The notes below the pieces were generated by a model. That model saw only the letters and a program-made list of their open reading frames with translations. It made no database searches and was not told the origin of the DNA. From NCBI GenBank assembly GCA_965214635.1, contig OZ243964.1, positions 1,011,575 to 1,075,574 of the forward strand: 64,000 nucleotides of DNA, given 5' to 3'. Origin of the DNA: Dehalococcoidia bacterium. Lineage in GTDB: Bacteria; Chloroflexota; Dehalococcoidia; Lucifugimonadales; JADFKI01. Made by a program: the position numbers and the translations under genes. The number at the start of each line of letters is the position of its first letter. The stretch's first letter is position 1. Shown one piece after another: positions 46,865 through 57,196 of this stretch.

Positions 46865-47794
46865 TCAGAGTGGGAAAACTTTGTGGGGACGGAGAAGATG
46901 CGCGAGAGCGTCGAGGCGGAGGATGGCGATGAAACGGCGGTCTTGGGTGTAGGCGCGGCAGAGTTGGGCGTGGTGTTCGGGCGCACCGGGCAGGTGAGCG
47001 TCTATCGGAGCGCCATTGCAGATGAGCGTTTCGGCGCGAGGGCTTACGATGACGGACGGCAGGTCTTGCAAGGCAGCATCGAGAGGTTGCAGGATGGCGT
47101 GAAAGTCATCGGCGGCAAACGCAGATTCAGCAGCGTCTACGGACACAGCAGCATCTATGGAGAATGCGCCGCTTTGCAGGCGCGAAAGAGTCTTCAGGTG
47201 CGCGCCGCAGCCGAGTTGCCCCCCTAGGTCGTGGGCGAGAGAGCGCACATAAAACCCCTTGCCGCAGGATATGTCGATACTGAGCAGGGGCGGTATCCAG
47301 TCGCGCACCGTAATGTCGTGGACGACGACAGGCCGGGCAGGGCGCTCCACTTCTATACCATCACGGGCGAGGTCGTAGAGCCGCTTGCCGCCGCGCTTGA
47401 GGGCGCTGTACATAGGCGGAACTTGCAGGATATCGCCAATGAAATGCGGGAGCGCGCTTTGGATACGGTCTAGGGTGATTGCAGAGGCGTCGATGCGGGC
47501 GGTTGTTTCGCCGAGGGCATCATAGGTGTCAGTTGATGCACCAAACTCTATGCCTGCGCGATAGATCTTTCCACTGCCGACGATGTGTTCCATTAAGCGG
47601 GTGGCTTGCCCGATGCAGATGGGAAGCACACCGGTTGCGATGGGATCCAGAGTACCGGCATGTCCGACGCGACGCTGTCGGCTTGCGCGCTTGATGCGGC
47701 GAACGACATCCATCGATGTAACGCCGTAGGGCTTGTTAATGTTGAGAATGCCGTGGAGATTCACTTCGCAGTTAAGAGGCGGGGTTTGTGGCAC
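46865..47794 (-). CDS. truB: tRNA pseudouridine(55) synthase
   Basis: GILNINKPYGVTSMDVV...GHAGTLDPIATGVLPICIG. Confidence 0.92.
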   Translation of the reverse strand: MPQTPPLNCEVNLHGILNINKPYGVTSMDVVRRIKRASRQRRVGHAGTLDPIATGVLPICIGQATRLMEHIVGSGKIYRAGIEFGASTDTYDALGETTARIDASAITLDRIQSALPHFIGDILQVPPMYSALKRGGKRLYDLARDGIEVERPARPVVVHDITVRDWIPPLLSIDISCGKGFYVRSLAHDLGGQLGCGAHLKTLSRLQSGAFSIDAAVSVDAAESAFAADDFHAILQPLDAALQDLPSVIVSPRAETLICNGAPIDAHLPGAPEHHAQLCRAYTQDRRFIAILRLDALAHLLRPHKVFPL

Positions 47795-47795
47795 T

Positions 47796-48158
47796 TCAAG
47801 GCGTATCGTTGGGTGAGAGATGGGCGGTGTTTTGCTCTATGAGGGCTATCATTTCAGCCCCTTTCTCGATGGAGTCGTCGATGTGGAATGAGAGGACGGG
47901 TGCGTACTTGGTGCGAAGGTTTCGCTTGATGGAGCGGTGGATGAAGCCGCCTGCGGCGTTCATAGCGGCGAGAGAGTCTCGCTTGGCAGCGTCGTCGCCT
48001 AGCACGCTCACGAAGACTTTGGCACGGCGGAGGTCGCCGCTGGTTTGGACTTCGGTGATGGTGATGAGTGAGGCAAGGCGCGGATCGTTGAGCAGCGGGA
48101 GAACGCGGCTGATTTCGTCGCGGACGAGGGCGTTAGCACGCTCGGTTCGGCGGGACAT
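47796..48158 (-). CDS. rbfA: ribosome-binding factor A
   Basis: RANALVRDEISRVL...ITITEVQTSGDLRRAKVFVSV. Confidence 0.92.
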   Translation of the reverse strand: MSRRTERANALVRDEISRVLPLLNDPRLASLITITEVQTSGDLRRAKVFVSVLGDDAAKRDSLAAMNAAGGFIHRSIKRNLRTKYAPVLSFHIDDSIEKGAEMIALIEQNTAHLSPNDTP

Positions 48159-48244
48159 TTCGATGCGGACCTCTCTGCGCGGTGCGGGTGCAAGACAAGA
48201 CCTGTTGTCGCTTGATCAAGCGGGGACGACTGGAGATGCAGCGG

Positions 48245-50059
48245 TCAGTGGACGCGCTCGGAGCGGTGGGCCTCGAGCAGGTCGCCCTCTTCGAAGTCGT
48301 TAAAGCCTTCGAGCACTAGTCCGCCTTCGAAGCCGGTGTTGACAGAGCGCACATCGTCTTTAAAGTGCTTGAGGCTCGCGATCTCGCCTTGGTGGAGGCG
48401 CTGTCCGCCGCGGAGCACATGTATCGTGGAGCTGCGCTGTATCTGGCCATCGTTGACATAGAAGCCAGCGACACGGGTTCGCCTGCCCACGCCGAAGGTG
48501 GCTCTGACAGTGGCGTGCCCCTCGACCACATCGCGATAGACGGGTTCGAGCAGTCCGGTGAGGGCGCGTTCCACATCCTCGACGAGGTTGTAGATGATGT
48601 CATATTGGCGGATTTCGACGCCTTCTTGGTTGGCGAGGGCGGCTGCGCCTTGTCCGGGTTCGCTGTTGAAGCCCACGATAATGGCTTGGGAAGCAAGACC
48701 GAGGAGAACATCGCTTTCGGTAACAGCGCCGCTTGCGATGTGGACGATGTTCACGCGTGTGCGGTCGGTGTTGAGGCTGTTGAGAGCGCTCTTCACGGCA
48801 TCGACACTGCCCTGCACATCGGTTTTGATGATGAGGTTGAGGGCTTTGACTTCGCCGGTGGCGATGCGTGTGTGGACATCCTCGAGGGTTGGGCCGGCGT
48901 TGCGGCGGATTTCGGAGTCGCGGAGGCGCTGTTCCACAAGTTGGCGTGCTGTACGCTCGTCCGGTGTGGATTCGAGGATGTCGCCGGCTTCGGGCACGCC
49001 GCTGATACCGAGGATTTCGACAGGCTGCGACGGCAGTGCGGTTCGGATGTTTTCGCCCCTGTCGGTGAGCATGGCTCGAACGCGCCCACGCAGGTTGCCC
49101 ACCACGATGTTGTCACCGACGCTGAGAGCGCCCGACTGAATGAGCACCGTTGCAACGGTGCCGCGGCTGCGGTCTATCCGCGCTTCCACAACGACACCAC
49201 GGGCTTCTTTATGTGGGTTTGCTTTGAGTTCGCTGAGGTCAGCAACAACAATCAGGTATTCAAGCAGGTCATCGACGCCTGCTCCAGTGAGAGCCGAGAC
49301 CGGGAGCGCAATGACATCGCCGCCCCATTCTTCTATGAGGAGGTTTCGCTCGGCGAGCTGGCGTTTGACGCGCTCCGGGTCAGATTCGGGGCGGTCAATC
49401 TTATTGATGGCGACCATTATGGGGACGCCGGCGGCTTTCACATGGTCGATGGCTTCTTCGGTTTGGGGCATGATGCCATCGTCAGCCGCTATCACAAGCA
49501 CGGCGATGTCCGTAACCTGTGCGCCGCGTGCGCGCATAGCGGTGAAGGCTTCATGGCCAGGGGTGTCGAGGAAGGTGATGACGCTGCTATTGTATTTGAC
49601 CTGATATGCGCCGATATGCTGTGTGATGCCGCCGGCTTCGCCGCTGACAACATCGGTCTTGCGTATGGTGTCTAGCAGAGTGGTTTTGCCATGGTCCACA
49701 TGGCCCAAGATGGTAACAACCGGCGGGCGATCAGATAGAAGTTCGGGGTCTTCGCCGCTGGTGGAGGGTACGATGGAGGCGCCGTCGGTGTCTTCCTCTA
49801 ATGGTAGGACTTCAAAGCCGAACGAAGGGGCGATTTCAGCGACAACATCGTGCTGCACGACTTCATTGATGGAGAACATATAGCCGCTGCGCATGAACTC
49901 TTTGATGAGTTCAATGGGGGTGGTCTGCATCAGATCTGCTAAGTCATATAAGACAATAGCAGCAGGGACTTCGAGCAGTTCAAGCTCGTAGTCATCGTAA
50001 TCGTCGTAGTCGTAATCTACTTGGCTTTGCTGGGCGATATGGTCAGTTCTGTTCGTCAT
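48245..50059 (-). CDS. infB: translation initiation factor IF-2 (short N-terminus)
   Basis: [26 protein letters not shown], plus C-terminal IF-2 domains. Confidence 0.95.
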   Translation of the reverse strand: MTNRTDHIAQQSQVDYDYDDYDDYELELLEVPAAIVLYDLADLMQTTPIELIKEFMRSGYMFSINEVVQHDVVAEIAPSFGFEVLPLEEDTDGASIVPSTSGEDPELLSDRPPVVTILGHVDHGKTTLLDTIRKTDVVSGEAGGITQHIGAYQVKYNSSVITFLDTPGHEAFTAMRARGAQVTDIAVLVIAADDGIMPQTEEAIDHVKAAGVPIMVAINKIDRPESDPERVKRQLAERNLLIEEWGGDVIALPVSALTGAGVDDLLEYLIVVADLSELKANPHKEARGVVVEARIDRSRGTVATVLIQSGALSVGDNIVVGNLRGRVRAMLTDRGENIRTALPSQPVEILGISGVPEAGDILESTPDERTARQLVEQRLRDSEIRRNAGPTLEDVHTRIATGEVKALNLIIKTDVQGSVDAVKSALNSLNTDRTRVNIVHIASGAVTESDVLLGLASQAIIVGFNSEPGQGAAALANQEGVEIRQYDIIYNLVEDVERALTGLLEPVYRDVVEGHATVRATFGVGRRTRVAGFYVNDGQIQRSSTIHVLRGGQRLHQGEIASLKHFKDDVRSVNTGFEGGLVLEGFNDFEEGDLLEAHRSERVH

Positions 50060-50225
50060 TTAGACCCTCCGTGTGCATCTATGGGGTGGATGCCATAGGG
50101 CGATCCTCCTTTGTTTTGTCCTCAAAGTGGTTGTCAGTGATTCAGGTTCTGACGCCTAAAAATAGACTTGGTATAAACTAGTATGAACTTCGTCCGGGGG
50201 TGTCCTCCGAGTGGCTGCCAATGCT

Positions 50226-50534
50226 TCAGGATGGCAACTTGTGCTGTGCGATATGGGTGAGCAGGCTCTGCCAGCGGTTGGTATCGATAGTGGTGCGCAG
50301 GGAATGTTCTATGCGACCTTTGTGTATGGTGTGAGCGTTGGCGGCGCAGTCGGGGCAGAGGTATGTGCCTCTGCCATTGAGCTTGCCGCTCGGGTCGACT
50401 TCTATTGAATTGTCGGGCTGGGCGACTATACGAAGCAGCTGCCGCTTGGATGTCTTCGTGCGACAGGCGACGCAAGTCCGCAGCGGGATGTGCCGCCTTC
50501 TGGGGGACTGCTTCACGCCGCTCCGCACTGCCAT
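50226..50534 (-). CDS. ylxR: YlxR/RnpM family (DUF448) RNA-binding protein
   Basis: IPLRTCVACRTKTSKRQLLRIV...GKLNGRGTYLC. ATG 50534 lies 2 nt after the nusA stop. Track ORFs 50134..50889 and 50226..50735 are over-extended. Confidence 0.8.
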   Translation of the reverse strand: MAVRSGVKQSPRRRHIPLRTCVACRTKTSKRQLLRIVAQPDNSIEVDPSGKLNGRGTYLCPDCAANAHTIHKGRIEHSLRTTIDTNRWQSLLTHIAQHKLPS

Positions 50535-50536
50535 AA

Positions 50537-52441
50537 TTATCGCCGCCTTCTGCCGGATCTGCGCCGTCTGGGGGGTGCACTGCGATTGTTGGCGGGGGCG
50601 TCGTTGCGGCGGCGGCCGCGTCGTGATGCTGTAACACCGCCACGGAGTCCGACAATATCCTCGGCAAAGCGTATGCGGCCGGGTTTGCCATCTTCGGATG
50701 CTGCCCTGCGAGCGCGGGCGCGCCGAATAGACCATATGTCATCGGGCAGATCGCGCAAGGGGGTGGAGGGCGGCTCAGGCGCTTCGCGCGGCGGGGAGAT
50801 GTCTGCGGCAGCGGGCGTCGCGAGCGGTTCGGGCGCTGCGGGAACGGGTTCAGATGCCGCTTGCTCCACGATGGGAATGTCAACAACATCCTCGACGACG
50901 GCTTCTTCGCTAGGTTCGGGCAAGTCTAGCGTATCTGCGATCGGGGTCGGAGCGGGTTCCGATTCTGAGGCTTCATCCACAGGCGCCTCATCCGGCTCGG
51001 GTTCTGTAGATTCCGCTACGAGTTCGACTTCGGCATCGGGGACAAGTTCTGACGCAGGTTTTTCGTCTAGCTCGTCCAATGCATCTTGCTCATCCTGCGA
51101 GGGAACGGGTTCAGTCTCGGTGGCTTGTTCTGCGAGCGTATCGACGGCGGGTTCTGCGTCGATGGCTTCGGGTTGCGCTGTGGCTGGGGTTTCGTCGACG
51201 AGCGCAACTTCTGCCGCCGGCTCGGGGGCGATCTCGGCGGCGGGGGCGAGTTCGGGCGCATCGGTATCATCCGCAACAGGCTCTTCTTCAGGCGCCGGTG
51301 CAGGATTGGCAAGTGCGGCTTCGATGGCTAATGCTTTAGCAAGGGCGCGCTCTTCTGCGGCACGGCGGGCGCGATCAGCTAGCTCCGCTTCGTATTCGAC
51401 ATTGCTCTTAATGTCGAGCCGCCAACCGGTTAGGCGTGCTGCGAGACGCACATTTTGCCCTTCCCTGCCGATGGCGAGGGACAGGTGCTTTTCGGGGACG
51501 ACCGCCATCGCGCTGTCGTCATCCACATTGAGTTCAACATTGAGGACTTGTGCGGGGCTGAGCGCCTTTGCGATGAACACTCGCGCTTCGCGATGCCACT
51601 CGACCACATCTATCTTTTCGTTGCGGAGTTCGTTAACGATATTTTGGATGCGGATGCCGCGCAGACCGACACAAGAGCCTACGGGGTCGACCCCGTCTTG
51701 TCGCGCGCGTACGGCGACTTTGCTGCGGGAGCCGGCTTCGCGTGCGATGGCTTCTATTTCGACTGCGCCGCTGTATATTTCGGGAACTTCGGCTTCAAAA
51801 AGGCGTCTGAGTAGAAGCTCGTCAGAGCGAGAGACGATAAGCTCAGGTGCGCCGCTCTCGGTGCGTTCTACGGTCTTAAGCAGCACGCGCAGCTTTTCGT
51901 TGGGTCGGTAGGTCTCGGTAGGGACTTGCTCCCTAAACGGCATGAGGGCAGTAGAGCCGCCCGTAGCTGAGCCGCCGAGGTCCACGATGATGTTTCTGCC
52001 CTCAACGCGTGTGAGGGTTACATAGAGGATTTCGCCTTCGCGCCCTTCAAACTGGGCATAGACCATCTCGCGTTCGGCGTCGCGGAGGCGCTGCATGACA
52101 ACCTGCTTAGCAGTCTGTGCAGCGATGCGCCCGGCGTTGTGAGACATGCTCTTGGTGGTGATGACTTCGCCGATTTGGGCGGTCGGGACGAGTTTGCGGG
52201 CGTCTTGGAGTGCGACTTCGGTCATGCCGTCTTGGACTTCTTGGACGACGGTTTTGAGGATGTTGACGGTGACTCCGCCCGAGGCGGGGTCTAGCTTGAC
52301 GGTGATGTCGTGTCCTGCGGCGACACCGTCCTTCTTATATGCGGAGATAAGCGCATCTTCGACGGCGGAGAGTACAATTTCGCGCGGGAGACCTCGTTCA
52401 GCCGCAAGCTGCGTCAGGGCGACGAGAAAATCGCTCTTCAT
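50537..52441 (-). CDS. nusA: transcription termination/antitermination factor NusA with long acidic C-terminal extension
   Basis: NusA N-terminal, S1 and KH regions (IGREGQNVRLAARLTGWRLDI), followed by ~250 aa of E/A/P-rich low complexity. Confidence 0.95.
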   Translation of the reverse strand: MKSDFLVALTQLAAERGLPREIVLSAVEDALISAYKKDGVAAGHDITVKLDPASGGVTVNILKTVVQEVQDGMTEVALQDARKLVPTAQIGEVITTKSMSHNAGRIAAQTAKQVVMQRLRDAEREMVYAQFEGREGEILYVTLTRVEGRNIIVDLGGSATGGSTALMPFREQVPTETYRPNEKLRVLLKTVERTESGAPELIVSRSDELLLRRLFEAEVPEIYSGAVEIEAIAREAGSRSKVAVRARQDGVDPVGSCVGLRGIRIQNIVNELRNEKIDVVEWHREARVFIAKALSPAQVLNVELNVDDDSAMAVVPEKHLSLAIGREGQNVRLAARLTGWRLDIKSNVEYEAELADRARRAAEERALAKALAIEAALANPAPAPEEEPVADDTDAPELAPAAEIAPEPAAEVALVDETPATAQPEAIDAEPAVDTLAEQATETEPVPSQDEQDALDELDEKPASELVPDAEVELVAESTEPEPDEAPVDEASESEPAPTPIADTLDLPEPSEEAVVEDVVDIPIVEQAASEPVPAAPEPLATPAAADISPPREAPEPPSTPLRDLPDDIWSIRRARARRAASEDGKPGRIRFAEDIVGLRGGVTASRRGRRRNDAPANNRSAPPRRRRSGRRRR

Positions 52442-52480
52442 AACTCAGCCACCTCCTTAGATTGTGCTATTTCACTCTTG

Positions 52481-52509
52481 TCAAAAAAGAAAGTGGGACT
52501 AGCCCACTT
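52481..52509 (-). terminator. intrinsic terminator-like hairpin in the nusA leader (possible attenuator)
   Basis: The minus strand reads AAGTGGG-CTAGT-CCCACTT followed by TCTTTTTTGA. It ends about 40 nt upstream of the nusA ATG and just before the AGGAGGTGG SD. Confidence 0.5.
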
Positions 52510-52600
52510 CCATCAAACAAAGAAATGATGTGCACTTATGCGCCGAATGGTCCCGATGGCAAAGCACGGTTCATACGGCAGCTAGCACTTTCTAGTGGCT

Positions 52601-52629
52601 AGTATAGCATTAGGATTGGGAATGTACAA
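52601..52629 (-). promoter_or_regulatory. candidate sigma70-type promoter for nusA operon
   Basis: The minus strand has TTGTAC-N17-TATACT about 160 nt upstream of the nusA ATG. Confidence 0.35.
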
Positions 52630-52791
52630 GCGAGCGAGGTTAGGGCGGTCAAGATGCTAACCGGATGGAAACGCCACCTACAACTCCCCTCTTTGCTATT
52701 GGGGATTGCCGTTTGTTAGAATGATGGCTGTTCTGGGCGGCGCATGGTTCTGCGTTGGTCTCCCTGGACGCCGATATGAACTACGGAGGAT

Positions 52792-55080
52792 TTGACGCAT
52801 ATGGCGACTGACACGCTGGATAGAAAATCCGTATATAAGGTTGTCGGGACGCGCCCGATACGGCACGACGGATACGACAAGGTAACAGGTAAGGCGCTGT
52901 ATGGCGCTGATGTGGACTTGCCGGGGATGGTGTTCGGCAAGGTTCTGCGCAGCCCGCATCCGCACGCCCGCATCCGCTCCATCGACACGAGCAAGGCAGA
53001 GGCGCATCCGCAGGTGCTGGCAGTCGCCACAGCTAACGACCTTGTCGCTGTGGAAGACAAGATTACCGAGGTGGGCGAGGATGTCTACACGAGCCTGAAG
53101 TATGTGCGCGACAACATACTGGCGTCGGATAAGGCGCTGTACAAGGGGCATCCCATCGCCGCAATCGCCGCCGCAAACGCTCATACGGCGGAAGAGGCGC
53201 TCGGTCTCATCGAGGTGGACTATGAGGTGTTGCCCGCCGTCAGCACCGTAGAGGATGCGATGAAACCCGACGCACCCATCTTGCACGAGCATATGACCAC
53301 GGCGTCTATGGGGGACGATGTGCCGGTGGGGACGAACATCGCTGACCACCAGCAGTTTGCGCTTGGCGATGTGGAGCAGGGGTTCAGGCAAGCCGACCTC
53401 ATCATTGAGCGTGAGTTCCGCACGCGCACCGTGCATCAGGGCTATATTGAGCCGCACAACGGCAGCGCTTGGTGGTCGCCAGACGGGCGCGTTACGATAT
53501 GGTGCAGCAGCCAAGGACATTTTGGCATACGCGACAGGGTTTCCACCGTGTTGGGTGTGCCTGTGTCTAGGGTGAAAGTTGTGCCGATGGAGATAGGCGG
53601 CGGGTTTGGCGGCAAGCTTGCTGCGTATCTTGAGCCGATAGCCGCTGTGCTTTCGCGCAAATGCGGCTTGCCCGTGAAGATGTTCATGTCCCGCACCGAG
53701 GTGCTCGAAGCGAGCGGACCCACGAGCGGGAGCTATGTCAAGGCGAAGATTGGCGCTACAACCGACGGGCGCATCACGGCTGCGCAGGCGTATCTTGCGT
53801 TCGAGGCGGGGGCGTATCCCGGTTCACCCATCGGGGGCGCAACAGCATGTATGGTTTCACCGTACAACATACCCAATGTGCTGCTGGACGGCTACGATGT
53901 GGTGGACAACAAGCCCAAGACGACGGCGTATCGCGCACCCGGCGCACCCATCGGCGCACTAGCGATTGAGACGATTATGGACGAGATAGCCGAACGGCTG
54001 CGCATAGACCCGATGGAACTGCGCATACTCAACGGCGCAAAAGAGGGAACGCGCCGGGTGGATGGCGTTGTGAACGCCCGCATTGGCATGCTGGAAACAG
54101 CGGAGGCCGTCCGCAGCCACCCACACTACAACGCACCCATACCTCAGATTGAGGGCAAACTTACCGGCAGGGGCGTGGCGATGGGCTTTTGGCGCAACAA
54201 CACAGGGCCATCCAGTGTGGTGGCATCCGTTGCGCCGGACGGCAAGGTGATGCTCGCAGAAGGCTCTGTGGACATCGGCGGCTCTCGGCCTGCTGTGGCA
54301 CAGCAGTTCGCAGAGGTGCTCGGCATACCTGTGGAAGACATCAACCCGCAGGTGGCGGACACCGACTCCATTGGCTACACATCCAACACGGGCGGCAGCG
54401 GCGTGGCGTTCAAGACCGGCTGGGCGGCGTATGAGGCGGCGCAGGATGTCAAGCGCCAGCTCATCACGCGCGCATCGGCGATATGGGACACCAACCCTGA
54501 CGACATCGAGTATGCCGACGCACAGGTGCGCCACAAGTCCGACTCCGAGCTTGCGATGGATTTCAGCGAGATTGCCGGGATGCTGAACGACACAGGCGGG
54601 CCTGTCGTAGGGCGCGCCGGCGTGAACCCACGCGGCGTGGGCGGTGCGTATGCAGCAGACATCGTAGACATCGCCATCGACCCGGAGACGGGCAAGGTGG
54701 ATGTGCTGCGCGTTACTGCGTTCCAAGATGTGGGCACTGCCATTCACCCAAGCTATGTGGAAGGGCAGATACAAGGCGGCGTGGTGCAGGGCATCGGATG
54801 GGCGCTCAACGAAGAGTACTACATGAGCGACGACGGGCGGCTGCTCAACTCTAGCCTGCTAGACTATCGCATGCCCACCAGCTTGGATGTGCCGATGATT
54901 GACACAGAGCTAATAGAGGTGCCAAACCCGGGGCATCCCTTTGGTGTGCGCGGCGTTGGGGAAGCCTGCATCGTGCCGCCACTGGCAGCCATCGCCAACG
55001 CCGTCTACAACGCCACTAGTGTGCGTATGTGCGAACTGCCTATGTCCCCCGGCGCGGTAGTGAAAGCCCTTGCCGAATAG
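52792..55080 (+). CDS. xanthine dehydrogenase/aldehyde oxidase family molybdopterin-binding subunit
   Basis: GTRPIRHDGYDKVTGKALYGAD, GGGFGGK, and a C-terminal PFGVRGVGE motif. No small or medium subunit genes are adjacent. Confidence 0.9.
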   Translation: MTHMATDTLDRKSVYKVVGTRPIRHDGYDKVTGKALYGADVDLPGMVFGKVLRSPHPHARIRSIDTSKAEAHPQVLAVATANDLVAVEDKITEVGEDVYTSLKYVRDNILASDKALYKGHPIAAIAAANAHTAEEALGLIEVDYEVLPAVSTVEDAMKPDAPILHEHMTTASMGDDVPVGTNIADHQQFALGDVEQGFRQADLIIEREFRTRTVHQGYIEPHNGSAWWSPDGRVTIWCSSQGHFGIRDRVSTVLGVPVSRVKVVPMEIGGGFGGKLAAYLEPIAAVLSRKCGLPVKMFMSRTEVLEASGPTSGSYVKAKIGATTDGRITAAQAYLAFEAGAYPGSPIGGATACMVSPYNIPNVLLDGYDVVDNKPKTTAYRAPGAPIGALAIETIMDEIAERLRIDPMELRILNGAKEGTRRVDGVVNARIGMLETAEAVRSHPHYNAPIPQIEGKLTGRGVAMGFWRNNTGPSSVVASVAPDGKVMLAEGSVDIGGSRPAVAQQFAEVLGIPVEDINPQVADTDSIGYTSNTGGSGVAFKTGWAAYEAAQDVKRQLITRASAIWDTNPDDIEYADAQVRHKSDSELAMDFSEIAGMLNDTGGPVVGRAGVNPRGVGGAYAADIVDIAIDPETGKVDVLRVTAFQDVGTAIHPSYVEGQIQGGVVQGIGWALNEEYYMSDDGRLLNSSLLDYRMPTSLDVPMIDTELIEVPNPGHPFGVRGVGEACIVPPLAAIANAVYNATSVRMCELPMSPGAVVKALAE

Positions 55081-55314
55081 CCACAGCGGGAATGGATGCG
55101 CCCTAGCATGGCTCACGAAGCAGGCAGGCTTTGAAGAGCGTAATGCGCTAGGGCTTTGAGAATGTCAGTAGCCTCGATGCGATGACAGCGGATAATGGCA
55201 GCGGTTATCGCAATGCTGCTTCTGAATCTGATAAACTTGGTACAGAAGTAGCGTTGCGGTGAGCTGCAAACACCGCACAACGGCAAACACAAGTGATACA
55301 CAGGGGTGTTATAG

Positions 55315-56916
55315 ATGGCAAAGCAGTTCCAATTTCGTGAAGAGGCGTGGGGCCAGCTGTTGGACGGCATCGGCACGCTGGCAAAAGCAGTGGGGGCGAC
55401 GCTCGGCCCGAGCGGGCGCAATGTGGTGCTAGACCAAGAATTCGGGCCGCCGCAGGTGTGCAGCGACGGCGTTACCATCGCCAAGGAGATAGAGCTTTCA
55501 GAGCCGTTTGAGAACATCGGCGCTCAGCTCGTCAAGGTGGCAGCGAGCAAGACCAACGATGTCGTGGGCGACGGCACGACCACCTCCACCATCCTCGCCC
55601 AAAGCATCGTGCAGCAGGGCTTCAAGAACATGGCGGCTGGCGCAAACCCGATGTCGCTCAAAACAGGCATCGACCTCGCCGTCAACGCAATGAAAGACGA
55701 AATCGCCAACCTGTCCATCCCCATCCACAGCAAGGAGCAGGTAACGCAGATTGCCGTGCTTGCCGCACACGAGGACGAGATGGGCGCACTCATATCAGAT
55801 GTGCTAGACAAAGTGGGGCGCGATGGCACAATCACCGTCGAAGAGTCGCGCTCTATGAGCTACGAGACCGATTTCGTCGAGGGTATGGAGATAGATCGCG
55901 GCTACCTGTCGCCCTACTTCGTAACCAATCAAGACAAGATGACAACCGAGATAGAAAACCCCTACATCATCCTGACATCGGAGAAGATTTCGTCGCTCGC
56001 GGAGGTGCTGCCGCTGCTGGAGCAGCTGAACACTGTGAGCCGCGACATCGTTATCATCGCTGAGGATGTGGAGGGCGAGGCGCTTGCCACCCTTGTGGTG
56101 AACAAACTTCGGGGCAACCTGAATGTGCTGGCGGTCAAGGCGCCGGGCTTCGGTGAGCGGCGCAAGGCGATACTCGAGGACATGGCAATCCTGTTCGGCG
56201 CTAATGTCATCAGCAGCGAAGTGGGGCGCACGCTAGACTCCGCCACGCTGGACGACCTCGGGCGCTGCCGTAGGGTCATCGCCACGAAGGACGACACCAC
56301 CTTCGTAGAGGGCGGCGGCAACCCGCAAGACATAGATGCGCGCATCCACCAGATCCGCTCCCAAGCGCAGGACACGGCGTCCGACTACGACCGCGAGAGG
56401 CTGGAGGAACGGGCAGCGAAACTGAGCGGCGGCGTTGCCATTCTGAAGGTGGGCGCAGCCACCGAGATTGAGCTGCGCGAAAAGCGCGACCGGCTGGAAG
56501 ACGCACTCGCTGCCACACGCGCCGCTATGGAAGAGGGCATCGTGCCGGGCGGCGGCGTAACGCTGGTGCGGGCGGCAAGTGCGGCGCGGTCGGCAATCAG
56601 CGCCGAAGGCGATGTGCTAACAGGCGCGCAAATTGCGCTTGCGGCGACCGCCGAACCGCTGAAACTCATATCGGACAACGCCGGGTACAGCGGTGTGGTG
56701 GTGCTAGACGATGTGCAGCGAGGCGAGGGCGACTACGGCTTCGACGCAGAGGCGGGAGCGTTCGGCAGTATGTTCGCCATGGGCATCGTCGACCCCACGA
56801 AGGTCGTGCGCTCGGCGCTGGAGAACGCCGCAAGCGTCGGCGGCATGATACTCACCACAGAGTCGCTCATTACGGAGCTAGACCCGCCCAAACTCCCGGC
56901 TCCTTACGACGACTAA
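55315..56916 (+). CDS. groL: chaperonin GroEL (no C-terminal GGM tail)
   Basis: TLGPSGRNVVL, DGVTIAKEIEL, VVGDGTTTSTILA, AAMEEGIVPGGG. Confidence 0.95.
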   Translation: MAKQFQFREEAWGQLLDGIGTLAKAVGATLGPSGRNVVLDQEFGPPQVCSDGVTIAKEIELSEPFENIGAQLVKVAASKTNDVVGDGTTTSTILAQSIVQQGFKNMAAGANPMSLKTGIDLAVNAMKDEIANLSIPIHSKEQVTQIAVLAAHEDEMGALISDVLDKVGRDGTITVEESRSMSYETDFVEGMEIDRGYLSPYFVTNQDKMTTEIENPYIILTSEKISSLAEVLPLLEQLNTVSRDIVIIAEDVEGEALATLVVNKLRGNLNVLAVKAPGFGERRKAILEDMAILFGANVISSEVGRTLDSATLDDLGRCRRVIATKDDTTFVEGGGNPQDIDARIHQIRSQAQDTASDYDRERLEERAAKLSGGVAILKVGAATEIELREKRDRLEDALAATRAAMEEGIVPGGGVTLVRAASAARSAISAEGDVLTGAQIALAATAEPLKLISDNAGYSGVVVLDDVQRGEGDYGFDAEAGAFGSMFAMGIVDPTKVVRSALENAASVGGMILTTESLITELDPPKLPAPYDD

Positions 56917-56946
56917 TTCACACAACCCCAGCGAAGGTAACAAGCA

Positions 56947-56990
56947 AGAAAGAGGGCAGGTGCTTAACCTGCCCTCTTTCTTCGTTTCGT
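56947..56990 (+). terminator. strong intrinsic terminator after groEL
   Basis: AGAAAGAGGGCAGG-TGCTTAA-CCTGCCCTCTTTCT is a 14-bp perfect stem followed by a T-rich tail. Confidence 0.8.
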
Positions 56991-57196
56991 CCCAGTCGCA
57001 TAACTTTCGTCTATCCGCTTTTCGCCGCCGGTAGAACTAACTCGCCATTGGCTTGCCGCAGGGTTTTCGATGGGCGGACATTGCCGCTGCGGGCATATGT
57101 GTAAGCGTTATGCGTAAGCTGTATCGATAGCCGCTTCGTAGGCTTGCCCGGGCGACGCTGTGTGCGACAGCGTCGCCGGTGTTACAGCCATACTAG

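Noticed and set aside
50134-50889. 251-aa and 169-aa minus-strand ORFs spanning the nusA-infB spacer
   Set aside because: Only the last ~100 codons of one frame (from ATG 50534) encode the recognisable YlxR/DUF448 motif. The upstream parts overlap the nusA 3' end out of frame.
52661-52681. CCGGATGGAAACGCCACC as another IS terminal-repeat remnant
   Set aside because: It matches only partially, with an indel and two substitutions against the 22-bp repeat. That is too weak to call without a genome-wide count.
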